Of a stretch of 64,000 nucleotides of DNA, positions 8,955-18,869 are shown in pieces. The position numbers and the translations under genes are program-made. Origin of the DNA: Candidatus Acetothermia bacterium (GTDB taxonomy: Bacteria; Bipolaricaulota; Bipolaricaulia; RBG-16-55-9; DRXL01). Numbering within the stretch: position 1 is the first letter of the stretch; every line of letters starts with the position of its first letter. Under the pieces are notes generated by a model. That model ran no database searches. It saw only the letters and a program-made list of their open reading frames with translations, and was not told the origin of the DNA. The stretch lies in NCBI GenBank assembly GCA_022683945.1, contig JAJHSH010000067.1, positions 2,085-66,084 of the forward strand, read 5' to 3'.

Positions 8955-10439
8955 ATGATCGCGGCAACTCTACAAAAACGCTATAAGCTTTTTGTCGGCG
9001 GCGCGTGGATCGAACCCGAAGCGCGCCAGTTCTACACTTGTATCAATCCCGCTACCAACGAGATCATTACGGAGATCCCCGCAGGAAATAAAGCCGATAT
9101 AGATCAAGCCGTCGAGGCGGCCTGGGGAGCTTATAAAACAGAGTGGCATAGAACGGACGCCACCAAGCGCGGCAAAATTCTATGCGCCGTTGCGCAACGC
9201 ATCCGCGAACACCAAGAAGAGCTGGCCCAGATCGAGACCCTCGACAACGGCAAGCCCATCGTCGAGTCGCGAGCCGATCTCTTCATGGCTGCCGAGTGCT
9301 TTGAATACTACGGCGGCTTGGCCAACAAGATCGAGGGCAAAGTCGTCCCCGTCTTTGGAGATCGCTTGGACTATGTGCTGCGCGAGCCGTGGGGCGTCGT
9401 TGGTCAGATCGTCCCTTGGAACTTCCCCGTGCTGATGGCCGCATGGAAGCTGGCTCCGGCGCTGGCAGCGGGCAATTGCTCCGTCTTAAAGCCCGCAGAA
9501 CAGACGCCGCTCTCGGCGCTGAGATTGGCCGAACTGATGCAAGATCTTCTGCCCAAAGGCGTTATTAATATCGTCACGGGCTTTGGCCCCGAAGCGGGAG
9601 CTCCCTTGGTTCAACACCAGAAAGTAAAGAAGATCGCGTTTACGGGCTCTACCGAAGTAGGGCGTCTGATTATGCGTATGGCTGCCGAGCACGTTGCCGA
9701 CGTCACTTTGGAGCTTGGGGGTAAGAGCCCGCAGATCGTCTTTGCAGATGCGAATATAGAGATAGCTGTCGAGGGCGTCTTGATGGGGATCTTTTATAAC
9801 GCCGGGCAACAGTGCTCCGCAGGTTCTCGATTGTTCTTGCACAAAGATATCTATCGGTCTTTTATGGAAAAGCTTGTCGCGCGCGCCAAATCACTCAAGC
9901 TGGGCGACCCGACTAGGCCCGAAACCCAAATGGGCCCGTTGGTCTCGCGCGAGCAGCAAGAGCGAGTGCTCCACTATATTGAGATCGGCCGGCGCGAGGG
10001 CGCGAAGCTGCTCTGTGGGGGGCAGCCAGCGCCCAACAAAGATCTCGAAAGAGGCTGTTATGTCGAACCAACGATCTTCACCGACGTAGATATGACGAAG
10101 ATGCGCATCGCCCAAGAAGAGATCTTCGGCCCGGTGCTCGCCGTGACCGTGTGGGACGATTACGAGAAGATGCTCGCAGAAGCGAACAGTGTCGAGTATG
10201 GGCTGTGTGCGGGGATCTGGACGCAGAATCTAAACATCGCTCACAAGACGGCGCAGAGATTGGAAGCGGGCTATATCTGGATCAATCAGTATGACGTCTA
10301 CGCTTACGGAGCGCCCTTTGGGGGGTACAAATCGAGCGGCGTCGGGCGCGAGTTGGCCGCCGAGACGATCTTGCACTATACGCAACAGAAGAACGTCAAT
10401 ATAGACTTGAGCGGCAAGGGCGTGCGCTGGTTTAAGTAA
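8955..10439 (+). CDS. NAD(P)-dependent aldehyde dehydrogenase (ALDH family)
   Basis: Start at Met 58 of the ORF-track call (MIAATLQKRYKLFVGG), typical ALDH N-terminus. ELGGKSP Glu motif and catalytic Cys in GQQCSAGSR. Confidence 0.9.
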   Translation: MIAATLQKRYKLFVGGAWIEPEARQFYTCINPATNEIITEIPAGNKADIDQAVEAAWGAYKTEWHRTDATKRGKILCAVAQRIREHQEELAQIETLDNGKPIVESRADLFMAAECFEYYGGLANKIEGKVVPVFGDRLDYVLREPWGVVGQIVPWNFPVLMAAWKLAPALAAGNCSVLKPAEQTPLSALRLAELMQDLLPKGVINIVTGFGPEAGAPLVQHQKVKKIAFTGSTEVGRLIMRMAAEHVADVTLELGGKSPQIVFADANIEIAVEGVLMGIFYNAGQQCSAGSRLFLHKDIYRSFMEKLVARAKSLKLGDPTRPETQMGPLVSREQQERVLHYIEIGRREGAKLLCGGQPAPNKDLERGCYVEPTIFTDVDMTKMRIAQEEIFGPVLAVTVWDDYEKMLAEANSVEYGLCAGIWTQNLNIAHKTAQRLEAGYIWINQYDVYAYGAPFGGYKSSGVGRELAAETILHYTQQKNVNIDLSGKGVRWFK

Positions 10440-10450
10440 AGGAGAGCTTT

Positions 10451-10693
10451 ATGCTGGTTACTGCGGAGAGACAGCATACGATAAAAGCATTCGTGCGACG
10501 TGGAGAGAAATACTATGTTGCCGAGTGTATGGAGATCGCTGTTGTGACTCAGGGGAAGACGCTGGATGAAACTGTGACGAATCTTCGAGAGGCTGTAGCG
10601 CTGCATTTGCAAGATGAAGACCCGGCAGACTTTGGCTTGGCTCCTCACCCGACTCTGTTAGTGACTCTGGAGCTTGAACCTGTGGCTACATGA
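10451..10693 (+). CDS. HicB-like (UPF0150 family) antitoxin-fold protein, orphan
   Basis: 80 aa. YYVAECMEIAVVTQGKTLDETVTNLREAVALHL matches the HicB/UPF0150 signature (YxAxxPELPGcxxqGdTxEEAlxnxxEAixlhl). No HicA-like ORF is adjacent. Confidence 0.5.
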   Translation: MLVTAERQHTIKAFVRRGEKYYVAECMEIAVVTQGKTLDETVTNLREAVALHLQDEDPADFGLAPHPTLLVTLELEPVAT

Positions 10694-10721
10694 GTAAATA
10701 ACTCAAAGGAGGTGTCCGCCG

Positions 10722-11510
10722 ATGGCGGATGTCGTTGTCTTCGAGAAGCAGGGCTCGCTGGGGATCATCAAGCTCAATCGGCCCCCGGTCAACAGCTACA
10801 ATCACGAGATGTTCACGCAGTTCGGGCGCTGTGTCGACGAAGTGCGCTTTGACGATGCTATCAAAGTGGCTATCGTTACCAGCGCGTTGGACGGGATCTT
10901 CTCCGCGGGCGCGGATATTCGCATGCTCAAAGAGAGCACGCCCGACTACAAAGCGATGTTCTGTCTGAACTGTCAAGAGACGCTCACCAAGATGGAATCT
11001 ACTCCGAAGGTCTTTATTGCAGCCCTGAACGGAACGTGCGTCGGCGGCGGCCTGGAGATCGCGCTTGCTACAGATTTGCGCTTTGCCGCCAAAGACGCCG
11101 CGGGCAAATTCAGATTGGGCTTGCCCGAAGTGACGCTGGGGGTCTTGCCCGGCACGGGCGGCACGCAAAGATTGCCGAGATTGATCGGCAAATCACGCGC
11201 CTTAGATCTGATGATCACCGGGCGTCTGATCTCGCCCGACGAAGCTCTTCAGATGAGCTTAGTAGATCGCGTCTGGCCGCAGAATGAGTTTTGGGCCAAG
11301 ACGATGGAATACGCTCAGAGTTTGGTCAACGGCCCCACCCGCGCGATCAGCTTAATCAAGCGCTCGGTGCAAGAGGGCTTCGAGATGTCATTGACGGCGG
11401 CTCTGGCGTTGGAGCGCGAGCTACAGAACAGACTCTTTGTCACCAAAGACGCCCAAGAGGGCTTGGGAGCGTTTGCAGAGAAGCGCAAACCACAATTCAA
11501 AGGAGAATAG
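10722..11510 (+). CDS. Enoyl-CoA hydratase/isomerase (crotonase family)
   Basis: 262 aa. IKLNRPPVNSYN, AGADI and ALNGTCVGGGLEIALATDLRFAA oxyanion-hole motifs. Confidence 0.9.
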   Translation: MADVVVFEKQGSLGIIKLNRPPVNSYNHEMFTQFGRCVDEVRFDDAIKVAIVTSALDGIFSAGADIRMLKESTPDYKAMFCLNCQETLTKMESTPKVFIAALNGTCVGGGLEIALATDLRFAAKDAAGKFRLGLPEVTLGVLPGTGGTQRLPRLIGKSRALDLMITGRLISPDEALQMSLVDRVWPQNEFWAKTMEYAQSLVNGPTRAISLIKRSVQEGFEMSLTAALALERELQNRLFVTKDAQEGLGAFAEKRKPQFKGE

Positions 11511-11513
11511 CTT

Positions 11514-11984
11514 ATGATGGACACAAAACAGTACTTAGCGAACGTAGCGCGTTTTGCCGCTCAAGCCGTGGCCCGCACGGCGCCCTTTGTTCCAGAGAAC
11601 AAGCGCAATTGGTCGCCGATGGGTGCAGCGCGCACAACAACAGATATGGTGCAAGAGTGCGCGGAAGCTTTGGAGATCGCTACGAAGTTCATGCAGACGA
11701 GTCAGTTTGCGCGGCCCGATGCCCAAGCGCGCGCAGAACTGTTAAAGAAAAATCCCCCCAAGCTGGAGGAGCTCTTCCCGCGTTTGCAGAAAGCCGCGGA
11801 CGAATACGCCCAAGCGCTCGAAAAGTTCCCGGCGGAGCGCTTGATGGAGATGGTGCCCTCGCCCTTCGGGGGAGAGCCGCGACCTTTGCTGATGCAGCTC
11901 AGCATGCCTGTCTTTAATATGATGTACCACTACGGGCAGATCAACTATATCCAGACCATGCTGGGCGACACCGAGATGCATTAG
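11514..11984 (+). CDS. DinB-family (four-helix-bundle, YfiT/DinB_2-like) protein
   Basis: 156 aa with C-terminal YHYGQINYIQTMLG (H..YH.GQ signature of the DinB/YfiT family). Confidence 0.55.
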   Translation: MMDTKQYLANVARFAAQAVARTAPFVPENKRNWSPMGAARTTTDMVQECAEALEIATKFMQTSQFARPDAQARAELLKKNPPKLEELFPRLQKAADEYAQALEKFPAERLMEMVPSPFGGEPRPLLMQLSMPVFNMMYHYGQINYIQTMLGDTEMH

Positions 11985-11993
11985 GCAGCGGCG

Positions 11994-12983
11994 CTACAGA
12001 CGGAGACTCGGCTCCGGGGCTAATTCTAGAGGATTGTTCTGCCCCAGAGCTGTATTTCTAAAGTGCGCACACGCGGCGATCATCGCCGCGTTATCTGTAC
12101 AGAGCTCCATCTTGGGGAAAAAGACTTTATAGTCTCTGCAGGCGAGCAAGCGCTCGCGCAAGCGCGAGTTCGCGGCGACCCCGCCCACAACGACTAGTTT
12201 TTCTGTCTGGAGCTGCCGTGCAGCTTGAAGCGTTTTCTCGGTCAGGACATCTACGACGGCTTCTTGAAAGGACGCGGCGATGTCAGCGCGGTCGGCATCG
12301 GAATGATCGCGCAGATAATACACAATAGCTGTCTTGAGCCCGGCGAAGCTGAACTCCAGAGAGTCGGAGTCGAGCATCGGTCTGGGAAGCGCGATCGCTT
12401 TGGGATTACCCTGACGAGCCAATCTGTCGAGCGCCGCTCCCGCGGGATACCCCAATCCCAAGAGCTTTCCGACTTTGTCAAAAGCTTCGCCGGCGGCGTC
12501 GTCGCGCGTCTCTCCCAAGACTCTGTAATCCCCATAAGCGCGCACGTCCACCAGGAGCGTGTGCCCGCCGGAGACGAGTAGAGCCACAAAGGGCGGAGAC
12601 GCATCAAAGTTTTCCAAATAGTGCGCGAAGATGTGCCCCTCTAGATGATTCACGCCCACAAAGGGCTTTTCCAGTGCATAGGCGATTGCTTTGGCATAAG
12701 AGAGCCCTACTAAGAGAGGGCCGACCAACCCCGGCCCGTAGGTGGCCCCGACGAGCGAGATCTGGCGAAAATTTAATTTCGCTCTCTCTAGGGCATCTTG
12801 GACGACGAAGGGCAATTTTCTGATATGATTGCGCGAGGCGACCTCCGGGACGACGCCGCCATATTTGTCGTGGAGATGGGCTTGAGAATAGATAATATTC
12901 GCAAGGATCTCGCGGCCGTCGCGCAGCAGAGCGACGCTGGTCTCATCACAAGACGTCTCGATGCCGAGGGTGTAGTGGGCCAT
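11994..12983 (-). CDS. tsaD: tRNA N6-adenosine threonylcarbamoyltransferase TsaD (Kae1/Gcp)
   Basis: MAHYTLGIETSCDETSVALL N-terminus and HLEGH metal motif, 329 aa. Confidence 0.9.
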   Translation of the reverse strand: MAHYTLGIETSCDETSVALLRDGREILANIIYSQAHLHDKYGGVVPEVASRNHIRKLPFVVQDALERAKLNFRQISLVGATYGPGLVGPLLVGLSYAKAIAYALEKPFVGVNHLEGHIFAHYLENFDASPPFVALLVSGGHTLLVDVRAYGDYRVLGETRDDAAGEAFDKVGKLLGLGYPAGAALDRLARQGNPKAIALPRPMLDSDSLEFSFAGLKTAIVYYLRDHSDADRADIAASFQEAVVDVLTEKTLQAARQLQTEKLVVVGGVAANSRLRERLLACRDYKVFFPKMELCTDNAAMIAACAHFRNTALGQNNPLELAPEPSLRL

Positions 12984-13040
12984 ATAGCTGTTTAGTTTAC
13001 CACAATTTTATAGGGGCTCGCTCATCGTTGGAGCTTCGGC

Positions 13041-13070
13041 TTGAATTTGCCATAGGCTACCGATTATAAT
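13041..13070 (+). promoter_or_regulatory. Candidate sigma70 promoter for frr (TTGAAT-N18-TATAAT)
   Basis: TTGAAT at 13041-13046 and TATAAT at 13065-13070 in the divergent tsaD/frr intergenic region. Confidence 0.35.
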
Positions 13071-13088
13071 GACCCTTGGTGATTTCCT

Positions 13089-13646
13089 ATGCCGGACAGA
13101 CATATCGTTGACTTAAAGGCCCGCATGGACAAGACGCTCCAAGTCTTCGATCACGAATTGCAGAAGCTGCGCACCGGACGCGCCAACCCCGCTATGGTCG
13201 AAGACGTCAAGACAGACTACTACGGCACGCACACGCCGCTCAAGCACCTCGCACGGATCACCGCGCCTGAGCCCGACATGCTGCTCATCCAGCCCTTTGA
13301 CAAAACGCAGATCCAAGCGATAGAGAAAGCAATCCATGCGGCCAACTTGGGATTGAATCCAACGGTGGATGGCGATCTCCTGCGCATCAAGATCCCGCGA
13401 CTGACCGAAGAGCGTCGCAAAGAGCTCTCTAAAGTCATTCACGACAAGGCCGAAGAGGCGAAAGTCGCCCTGCGCAACATCCGCCGCGAGATCAAAGACC
13501 AACTGGACAGAGAACAAAAAGACGGAAAGATCTCCGAAGACGATCACGACCGGGTGATGAAAGAGCTGGACAAAGTCACGCACGACTACACAGCAAAAAT
13601 TACTCAAGCTGCACAAGCGAAAGAGAAACAACTGATGAGCGTTTGA
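13089..13646 (+). CDS. frr: Ribosome recycling factor
   Basis: 185 aa, full-length RRF similarity (LRTGRANPAMVEDVKTDYYGTHTPLKHLA...LLIQPFDK...LGLNP..DG..LRIKIP.LTEERRKEL). Confidence 0.95.
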   Translation: MPDRHIVDLKARMDKTLQVFDHELQKLRTGRANPAMVEDVKTDYYGTHTPLKHLARITAPEPDMLLIQPFDKTQIQAIEKAIHAANLGLNPTVDGDLLRIKIPRLTEERRKELSKVIHDKAEEAKVALRNIRREIKDQLDREQKDGKISEDDHDRVMKELDKVTHDYTAKITQAAQAKEKQLMSV

Positions 13647-13671
13647 CAAGAGACCGCGCTCTGGGTAGAAT
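13643..13671 (+). promoter_or_regulatory. Candidate promoter for the ATP synthase operon (TTGACA-N17-TAGAAT) overlapping the frr stop codon
   Basis: TTGACA 13643-13648 (contains the frr TGA), TAGAAT 13666-13671. About 185-nt leader before the first atp gene. Confidence 0.4.
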
Positions 13672-13857
13672 ATCGAAATAGTTGTTGTGCCTGCAGCGTC
13701 TATTGTGCAGCAAAATCTTCGTTGAGATTGAGGTCTTCTGTGGAGACGTCGAGCGCAACTGACATAGCCGATCCGCTCTTCAATCGGTCCGTATCGTCCA
13801 TTCTCTCCCCCTGCGGGGCTCTCTCTCGTATTTTCTGTTAAATAAAGGAGTTCACTT

Positions 13858-14175
13858 ATGGCTCAGGGAGTCTTGGAACGAATTCTCGATGCCGAAGAAC
13901 AGGCCGATCAGATCAAGATAGCCGCGCAAAAAGAAGCCGAGGCTCTTTGTGCGCAAGCGCGCCAAGGTGCAGCGTCACTGATAGAAGAGCACAAACAGAA
14001 AGCGCGCGCCGAGGCCGAGGCGCTCATCGCCACAGAAGAGAAGAAAGCCCAACAAGAAGCAGAAGAGATTCGTCATCACGGGGAAGCGAAAGCCAAGCTG
14101 CTTCAAAAAGAAGCTGCTGCTAAAATCGCTAAAGCCGTAGATCTGGTATTAGAGAGAGTGGTGCGTCGCGCATGA
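13858..14175 (+). CDS. A/V-type ATP synthase small peripheral-stalk subunit (G/H-like)
   Basis: 105 aa, charged coiled-coil (AEEQADQIKIAAQKEAEAL...). First gene of the operon as in Thermus atpG-I-K-E-C-F-A-B-D. AAGGAG 8 nt upstream. Confidence 0.6.
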   Translation: MAQGVLERILDAEEQADQIKIAAQKEAEALCAQARQGAASLIEEHKQKARAEAEALIATEEKKAQQEAEEIRHHGEAKAKLLQKEAAAKIAKAVDLVLERVVRRA

Positions 14176-16340
14176 GCTTGGCCAAGATGGAACAGATCCG
14201 TCTGGTGGGCCACGAGACGGAACGCGAGCGCACACTCGCCTTGCTCCAAGATCTGGGAGTCGTACAAATATCGGATCTCACACAAGAGCTTCCGCAAATG
14301 ACCAATGGTGGCTTCACGCCTAAACCGGTCCGGGACAATAATCTGGAAAGCACGCTGGCCGCGCTGCGCTATGCGCTCGATTTCATCGCGCGCTACGATC
14401 AAGAGAAGAAGGGCTTCATTCAGGGATTCTTCAATCTCAAAGACGCAATCACCACGGACGAGCTTGCGCAGCTGGCGCGCAGCTATGACTATCGCGCTCT
14501 CTGCGAGCGGGTGCGCGTACTCGACCGAGAGCTCTTGGAGCTGCGCTCCGAGAAGACGCAGCTAGAAGCGCGCCGCGCTGAACTTCTCCCCTGGACCGCG
14601 CTGACGACCCCGCTGGAGTCTTTGCAGAGATCAGCGCGGACAGCGCTGCTCTTAGGACGCATGCCCAAGACCTCTCTCTCTCTCTTAGAGAAAGCCCTTC
14701 AGAGTAAACTCGGCGATCTGTCAATTGTCGAGAGCGTCTCAACCGACGAACAGATGATCTATCTCTATGCGATTCTTCCTAAAGAGAGCGAAGAAGAGTT
14801 CACAAAGATCGCTTCAGAGCATGGCTGGGAGCGGCTGGCGTTTCAGAGTCTGCCGGCAAACGCCACCGGGACTGTGCAAGAATGGTTGGCCCAAACGGAG
14901 CAACGCTTGCAGGAGATCGTTACACGTCAAGCTCAATCAGAACAACAAGCTCAAGAGATCGTTGGAGAGAAACGCAAGCTCCAAGCCCTCTATGACCATT
15001 TCTATAACGAACAGTTAAAATTCAGTTCGCAAACGATGCTGGTGGGCAGCGCGAACACATTTGTCTTGGGCGGGTGGATTCGCGCAGTAGATTATGAGAA
15101 GCTGGCACAAACGCTCCAACAAGCTGGCGCAACGGTCTGGCTGGAGCGAGTGCCGCCCAAGACCGATGAGAGACCGCCGGTCGCTTTGGAGAATCGGATG
15201 CTCTTCCAGCCCGCAGAATTTTTGATAAGACTCTTCGGACTGCCCAAGAGAAACGAGCTCGACCCCACGCCCTTTGTCTTGCCCTTCTTTGCGATCTTCT
15301 TCGGCATCGCGCTGACGGACGCGGGTTACGGACTGGTTCTGATGATCGCGTTTTGGGTGCTCAAGCGAAAATATCGGCATAAACTTGGTTTTCAGTCTTT
15401 TGCCAATCTGATGATCCTGGGCGGGCTTTCAGCGGTGATCGCCGGAGCGCTCACCGGAGGCTGGTTCGGGCCGGAGCTGGCCCAGAGCTTCTCTGTGTTG
15501 AGAGCGCTTATGCTCTTCGATATAAACACGCCGTCGGGACTGATCGCTTTTTTGTTTTTCTCTTTTGCGCTCGGCTTCGTGCAGGTTCTGCTGGGAAATC
15601 TCTTGGAATTTTACGACAAAGTGCGGACTGGTCGCTTCTGGGAGGGCTTCTGGTGCGAGGGCACATGGATTGTTTTTATGATAGGGCTAGGAGTGGTCGC
15701 GGGTGCCGCCGTGCCCGCGATGATGCCCAAGGAGCTGAACGCTCCGGGGCTGCCTCTCCCTTGGATGGATTTCGGTACTCGTTTGGCGCTGCTAGGCACA
15801 TTTTTGGTGCTCTTCTTCAGTCGCGTGGAGTCCCCCCAAAAGCTGGGGAAGCAGGTCCCTTGGCTCTTTTTAGCTTTCGGCTTGACGCTCTGGATATTAA
15901 AATCGTCAGAATGGCCTCTCGGCGAGATCTTAGTGGCTTTGGGTGCGCTGGGCATCGTCGTGGGCGGTGGCCTGCGCAGGGCGCTAGGACGGGTCGGCGC
16001 CGGGGCTTTTAAGCTCTACGGCGCTACGGGACTCTTGGGGGATATCCTCTCGTACAGCCGTATTATGGCTCTGGGGGTCTCTACAGGGCTGATTGCCAAT
16101 TCGATGAACAAACTCTCTTTGATGACCTGGGAGCTTCCCTTGGTGGGGCCGGTAATCTGTATTGTTTTTATTGTTTTCTTACAGACGTTCAGCATTTTAA
16201 TCAACTCGCTCTCGGCGTTTGTACATTCTGCTCGTCTGCACTATGTCGAGTTCTTCACGAAGTTTTATGAAGCCGGAGGTGAGGCCTTCAAGCCTTTTGC
16301 GCGAGCATCTGTGTATTACGAAGTTCGAGAGAAACGCTGA
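14172..16340 (+). CDS. atpI: A/V-type ATP synthase subunit I (a subunit)
   Basis: 722 aa. Hydrophilic coiled-coil N-terminal half plus a multi-TM C-terminal half with conserved Arg region (SYSRIMALGVSTGLIA). Confidence 0.85.
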   Translation: MSLAKMEQIRLVGHETERERTLALLQDLGVVQISDLTQELPQMTNGGFTPKPVRDNNLESTLAALRYALDFIARYDQEKKGFIQGFFNLKDAITTDELAQLARSYDYRALCERVRVLDRELLELRSEKTQLEARRAELLPWTALTTPLESLQRSARTALLLGRMPKTSLSLLEKALQSKLGDLSIVESVSTDEQMIYLYAILPKESEEEFTKIASEHGWERLAFQSLPANATGTVQEWLAQTEQRLQEIVTRQAQSEQQAQEIVGEKRKLQALYDHFYNEQLKFSSQTMLVGSANTFVLGGWIRAVDYEKLAQTLQQAGATVWLERVPPKTDERPPVALENRMLFQPAEFLIRLFGLPKRNELDPTPFVLPFFAIFFGIALTDAGYGLVLMIAFWVLKRKYRHKLGFQSFANLMILGGLSAVIAGALTGGWFGPELAQSFSVLRALMLFDINTPSGLIAFLFFSFALGFVQVLLGNLLEFYDKVRTGRFWEGFWCEGTWIVFMIGLGVVAGAAVPAMMPKELNAPGLPLPWMDFGTRLALLGTFLVLFFSRVESPQKLGKQVPWLFLAFGLTLWILKSSEWPLGEILVALGALGIVVGGGLRRALGRVGAGAFKLYGATGLLGDILSYSRIMALGVSTGLIANSMNKLSLMTWELPLVGPVICIVFIVFLQTFSILINSLSAFVHSARLHYVEFFTKFYEAGGEAFKPFARASVYYEVREKR

Positions 16341-16865
<525 letters not shown>

Positions 16866-16868
16866 ACT

Positions 16869-17465
16869 ATGAGCGCGGAGAAGATCGTCGAGAAGATCTT
16901 AAGCGAAGCGCGGGCCGAAGCGCAGTCTATTTTAGAGAAGGCCCGTGCGCAAACGCAGGAGATCCGTCAGCAAGCACAAACCGAAGCGCAACGCCAAGCA
17001 GAGCAGATACTGACCCAAGCCCGCGAAGAGGCTCAGAGCCGACGGCGGGCGCAGCTCTCGCAGGCGCAGCTCGCCGCGCGCAACGCCGTTCTGAACGCGC
17101 GCCGCACTGCGCTGACTCAAGTTTTCACGGAGGCAGAGACGCGCCTGCAGCAGATGCCCGCAGACGACTACCGCGCTTGGCTCTTGCAGATGATCCCGCA
17201 GGCCGCCCAGAGAGGGGACGAAGAACTGATACTCTCTACGTCCGATAGGCAAGCGCTGGAGGAGGCGTTTCTGCGCGAACTCAACGAGAAGCTCTCTCAG
17301 ATGGGCAAGCGCGGACAGATGAAGTTCTCGAGCGAGACTCGCGAGCTTGGACGCGGCTTCGTGCTCAAGGGCACAAACAGCGAGACCAATATGACCCTGA
17401 CGATGCTGCTCAAACAAGCCCAAGAGGAGCTGGAGATGGACGTGGCGCGTCTGCTCTTCTCGTGA
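16869..17465 (+). CDS. atpE: A/V-type ATP synthase subunit E
   Basis: 198 aa, N-terminal coiled coil (IVEKILSEARAEAQSILEKARAQTQEI) and operon position. Confidence 0.8.
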   Translation: MSAEKIVEKILSEARAEAQSILEKARAQTQEIRQQAQTEAQRQAEQILTQAREEAQSRRRAQLSQAQLAARNAVLNARRTALTQVFTEAETRLQQMPADDYRAWLLQMIPQAAQRGDEELILSTSDRQALEEAFLRELNEKLSQMGKRGQMKFSSETRELGRGFVLKGTNSETNMTLTMLLKQAQEELEMDVARLLFS

Positions 17466-18496
17466 CATTTACTATGTCGGTAGAACTGCTGGAGACGAAG
17501 TTTCGCCAAGACGGGGCCTACGGTTTTACGACGGGGCAGATTCGCGCCCTCGAAGCGAAGTTGCTCGACGGAGCGAAGTATCAGCGTATGCTCGAGGCTT
17601 CCGATGCAACGGAAGCCTGGCGCGCTCTCGCAGAAGCGGGCTACGCCAACGCCGCGGCGGCAAAATTGGACAGCTATGACCAAGCGCTGCAGAGCGAACT
17701 GCGCGAGCTATATGAGCTGGTGCGCCGCCTGACCGTGCGCCCGTGCGAGACCGATTGGTTGGCGCAACGCTATGATTTTCACCATCTGAAAGTCTATTTG
17801 AAAGCAAAGCTCTTGAGCGAAGATCCGGGGGAGAGCCTCGTGTCGGGCGTGGGGTTGGTTCCCCCCAAATTGATAGAAACAGCAGTACAAACAGAGATCT
17901 GGAGTGCGCTCCCGGAAGAACTTGCACAGGCGGGCGCGCGCGCCTCTCGCGAGTATCAGACGACCAAGCAAGCTCAGACGCTCGATATAATTATAGATAC
18001 GGAGTCGTTCGCTCTTATAAAGAGAAATGTCGCCGGACATCCCTATCTAGAAACGCTCGTCGCCCTGTGGACGGATCTGCTCAACTTGAAGACCCTCTTG
18101 CGCGCCAAGCTGCTCCATAGAGAGCGCGCCTTTGTGGAACGTGCGCTCTTGCCGGCAGGGATGCTAGAGAAGAGCCGACTCTTGAAGCTCTTCGAGAGCG
18201 CGCTGGAGACCTGGGCAGAAGAGCTGCGTCACACCGAATATGGCAATCTCATAGCGCGCAGCCTGCGTGCGTGGGAAGAGCAGAAATCTCTAGCGCTCCT
18301 AGAGAAGCTCAGCGACGATCTGGTCACCAGCTATCTGAAGCGGGCGAAGCTGGCCCTCTATGGCGTCGAGCCGTTGGTCGCGTATGTGTTGGCAAAGGAG
18401 ATCGAACTGAAAAATATCCGAATGATCCTGATCGGCAAGCTGAACGGGTTGAGCAGAGAAGCGATCGCCGAGCGTTTGAGGGTCTCGTATGTCTAA
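17462..18496 (+). CDS. atpC: A/V-type ATP synthase subunit C (V-type d)
   Basis: 344 aa helical protein between E and F; translationally coupled (overlapping stop/start). Confidence 0.7.
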   Translation: MTFTMSVELLETKFRQDGAYGFTTGQIRALEAKLLDGAKYQRMLEASDATEAWRALAEAGYANAAAAKLDSYDQALQSELRELYELVRRLTVRPCETDWLAQRYDFHHLKVYLKAKLLSEDPGESLVSGVGLVPPKLIETAVQTEIWSALPEELAQAGARASREYQTTKQAQTLDIIIDTESFALIKRNVAGHPYLETLVALWTDLLNLKTLLRAKLLHRERAFVERALLPAGMLEKSRLLKLFESALETWAEELRHTEYGNLIARSLRAWEEQKSLALLEKLSDDLVTSYLKRAKLALYGVEPLVAYVLAKEIELKNIRMILIGKLNGLSREAIAERLRVSYV

Positions 18497-18812
18497 GATC
18501 GCCATCGTCGGCAGAAAAGACGTCTATTTGGGGTTCAAAGCGCTGGGGTTGAGAGTCGTAGACGCGCGCACGGCCTCCGAGGCCGAGCCGGCGATCCAAG
18601 AGCTCGTGGCCCAAGAGTATGTGATTATCTTTATCGCAGAGAGTTTGGCTGCTGAGTTGGGAAGCGTGATCGAGCGCTATCGCAAGCAAGCGACTCCGGC
18701 AATGGTGATGATCCCCGATAATCGGGGGAGCTTGGGGATCGCGCGCGAGCGCGTGCGCAAATTGGTAGAACGCGCTGTGGGGATTGATATTCTCTCGCGC
18801 AAAGAGACCTAA
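18489..18812 (+). CDS. atpF: A/V-type ATP synthase subunit F
   Basis: 107 aa; MSKIAIVGRKDVYLGFKALGL...VIIFIAESLAAEL is typical of V/A subunit F. Confidence 0.8.
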   Translation: MSKIAIVGRKDVYLGFKALGLRVVDARTASEAEPAIQELVAQEYVIIFIAESLAAELGSVIERYRKQATPAMVMIPDNRGSLGIARERVRKLVERAVGIDILSRKET

Positions 18813-18820
18813 CCCCCTGG

Positions 18821-18844
18821 CCCCCTTCCCTAAAGGGAAGGGGG
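18821..18844. repeat. GC-rich hairpin CCCCCTTCCC-TAAA-GGGAAGGGGG between atpF and atpA
   Basis: Perfect 10-bp stem, identical to the stem at 44005-44029. Confidence 0.7.
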
Positions 18845-18869
18845 AGAGGTGAAATTAGGAGGATTGTTT

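Noticed and set aside
11036-11917. Arg-rich ORFs (11036-11287, 11291-11917)
   Set aside because: Alternate-frame artifacts within the enoyl-CoA hydratase and DinB-like genes.
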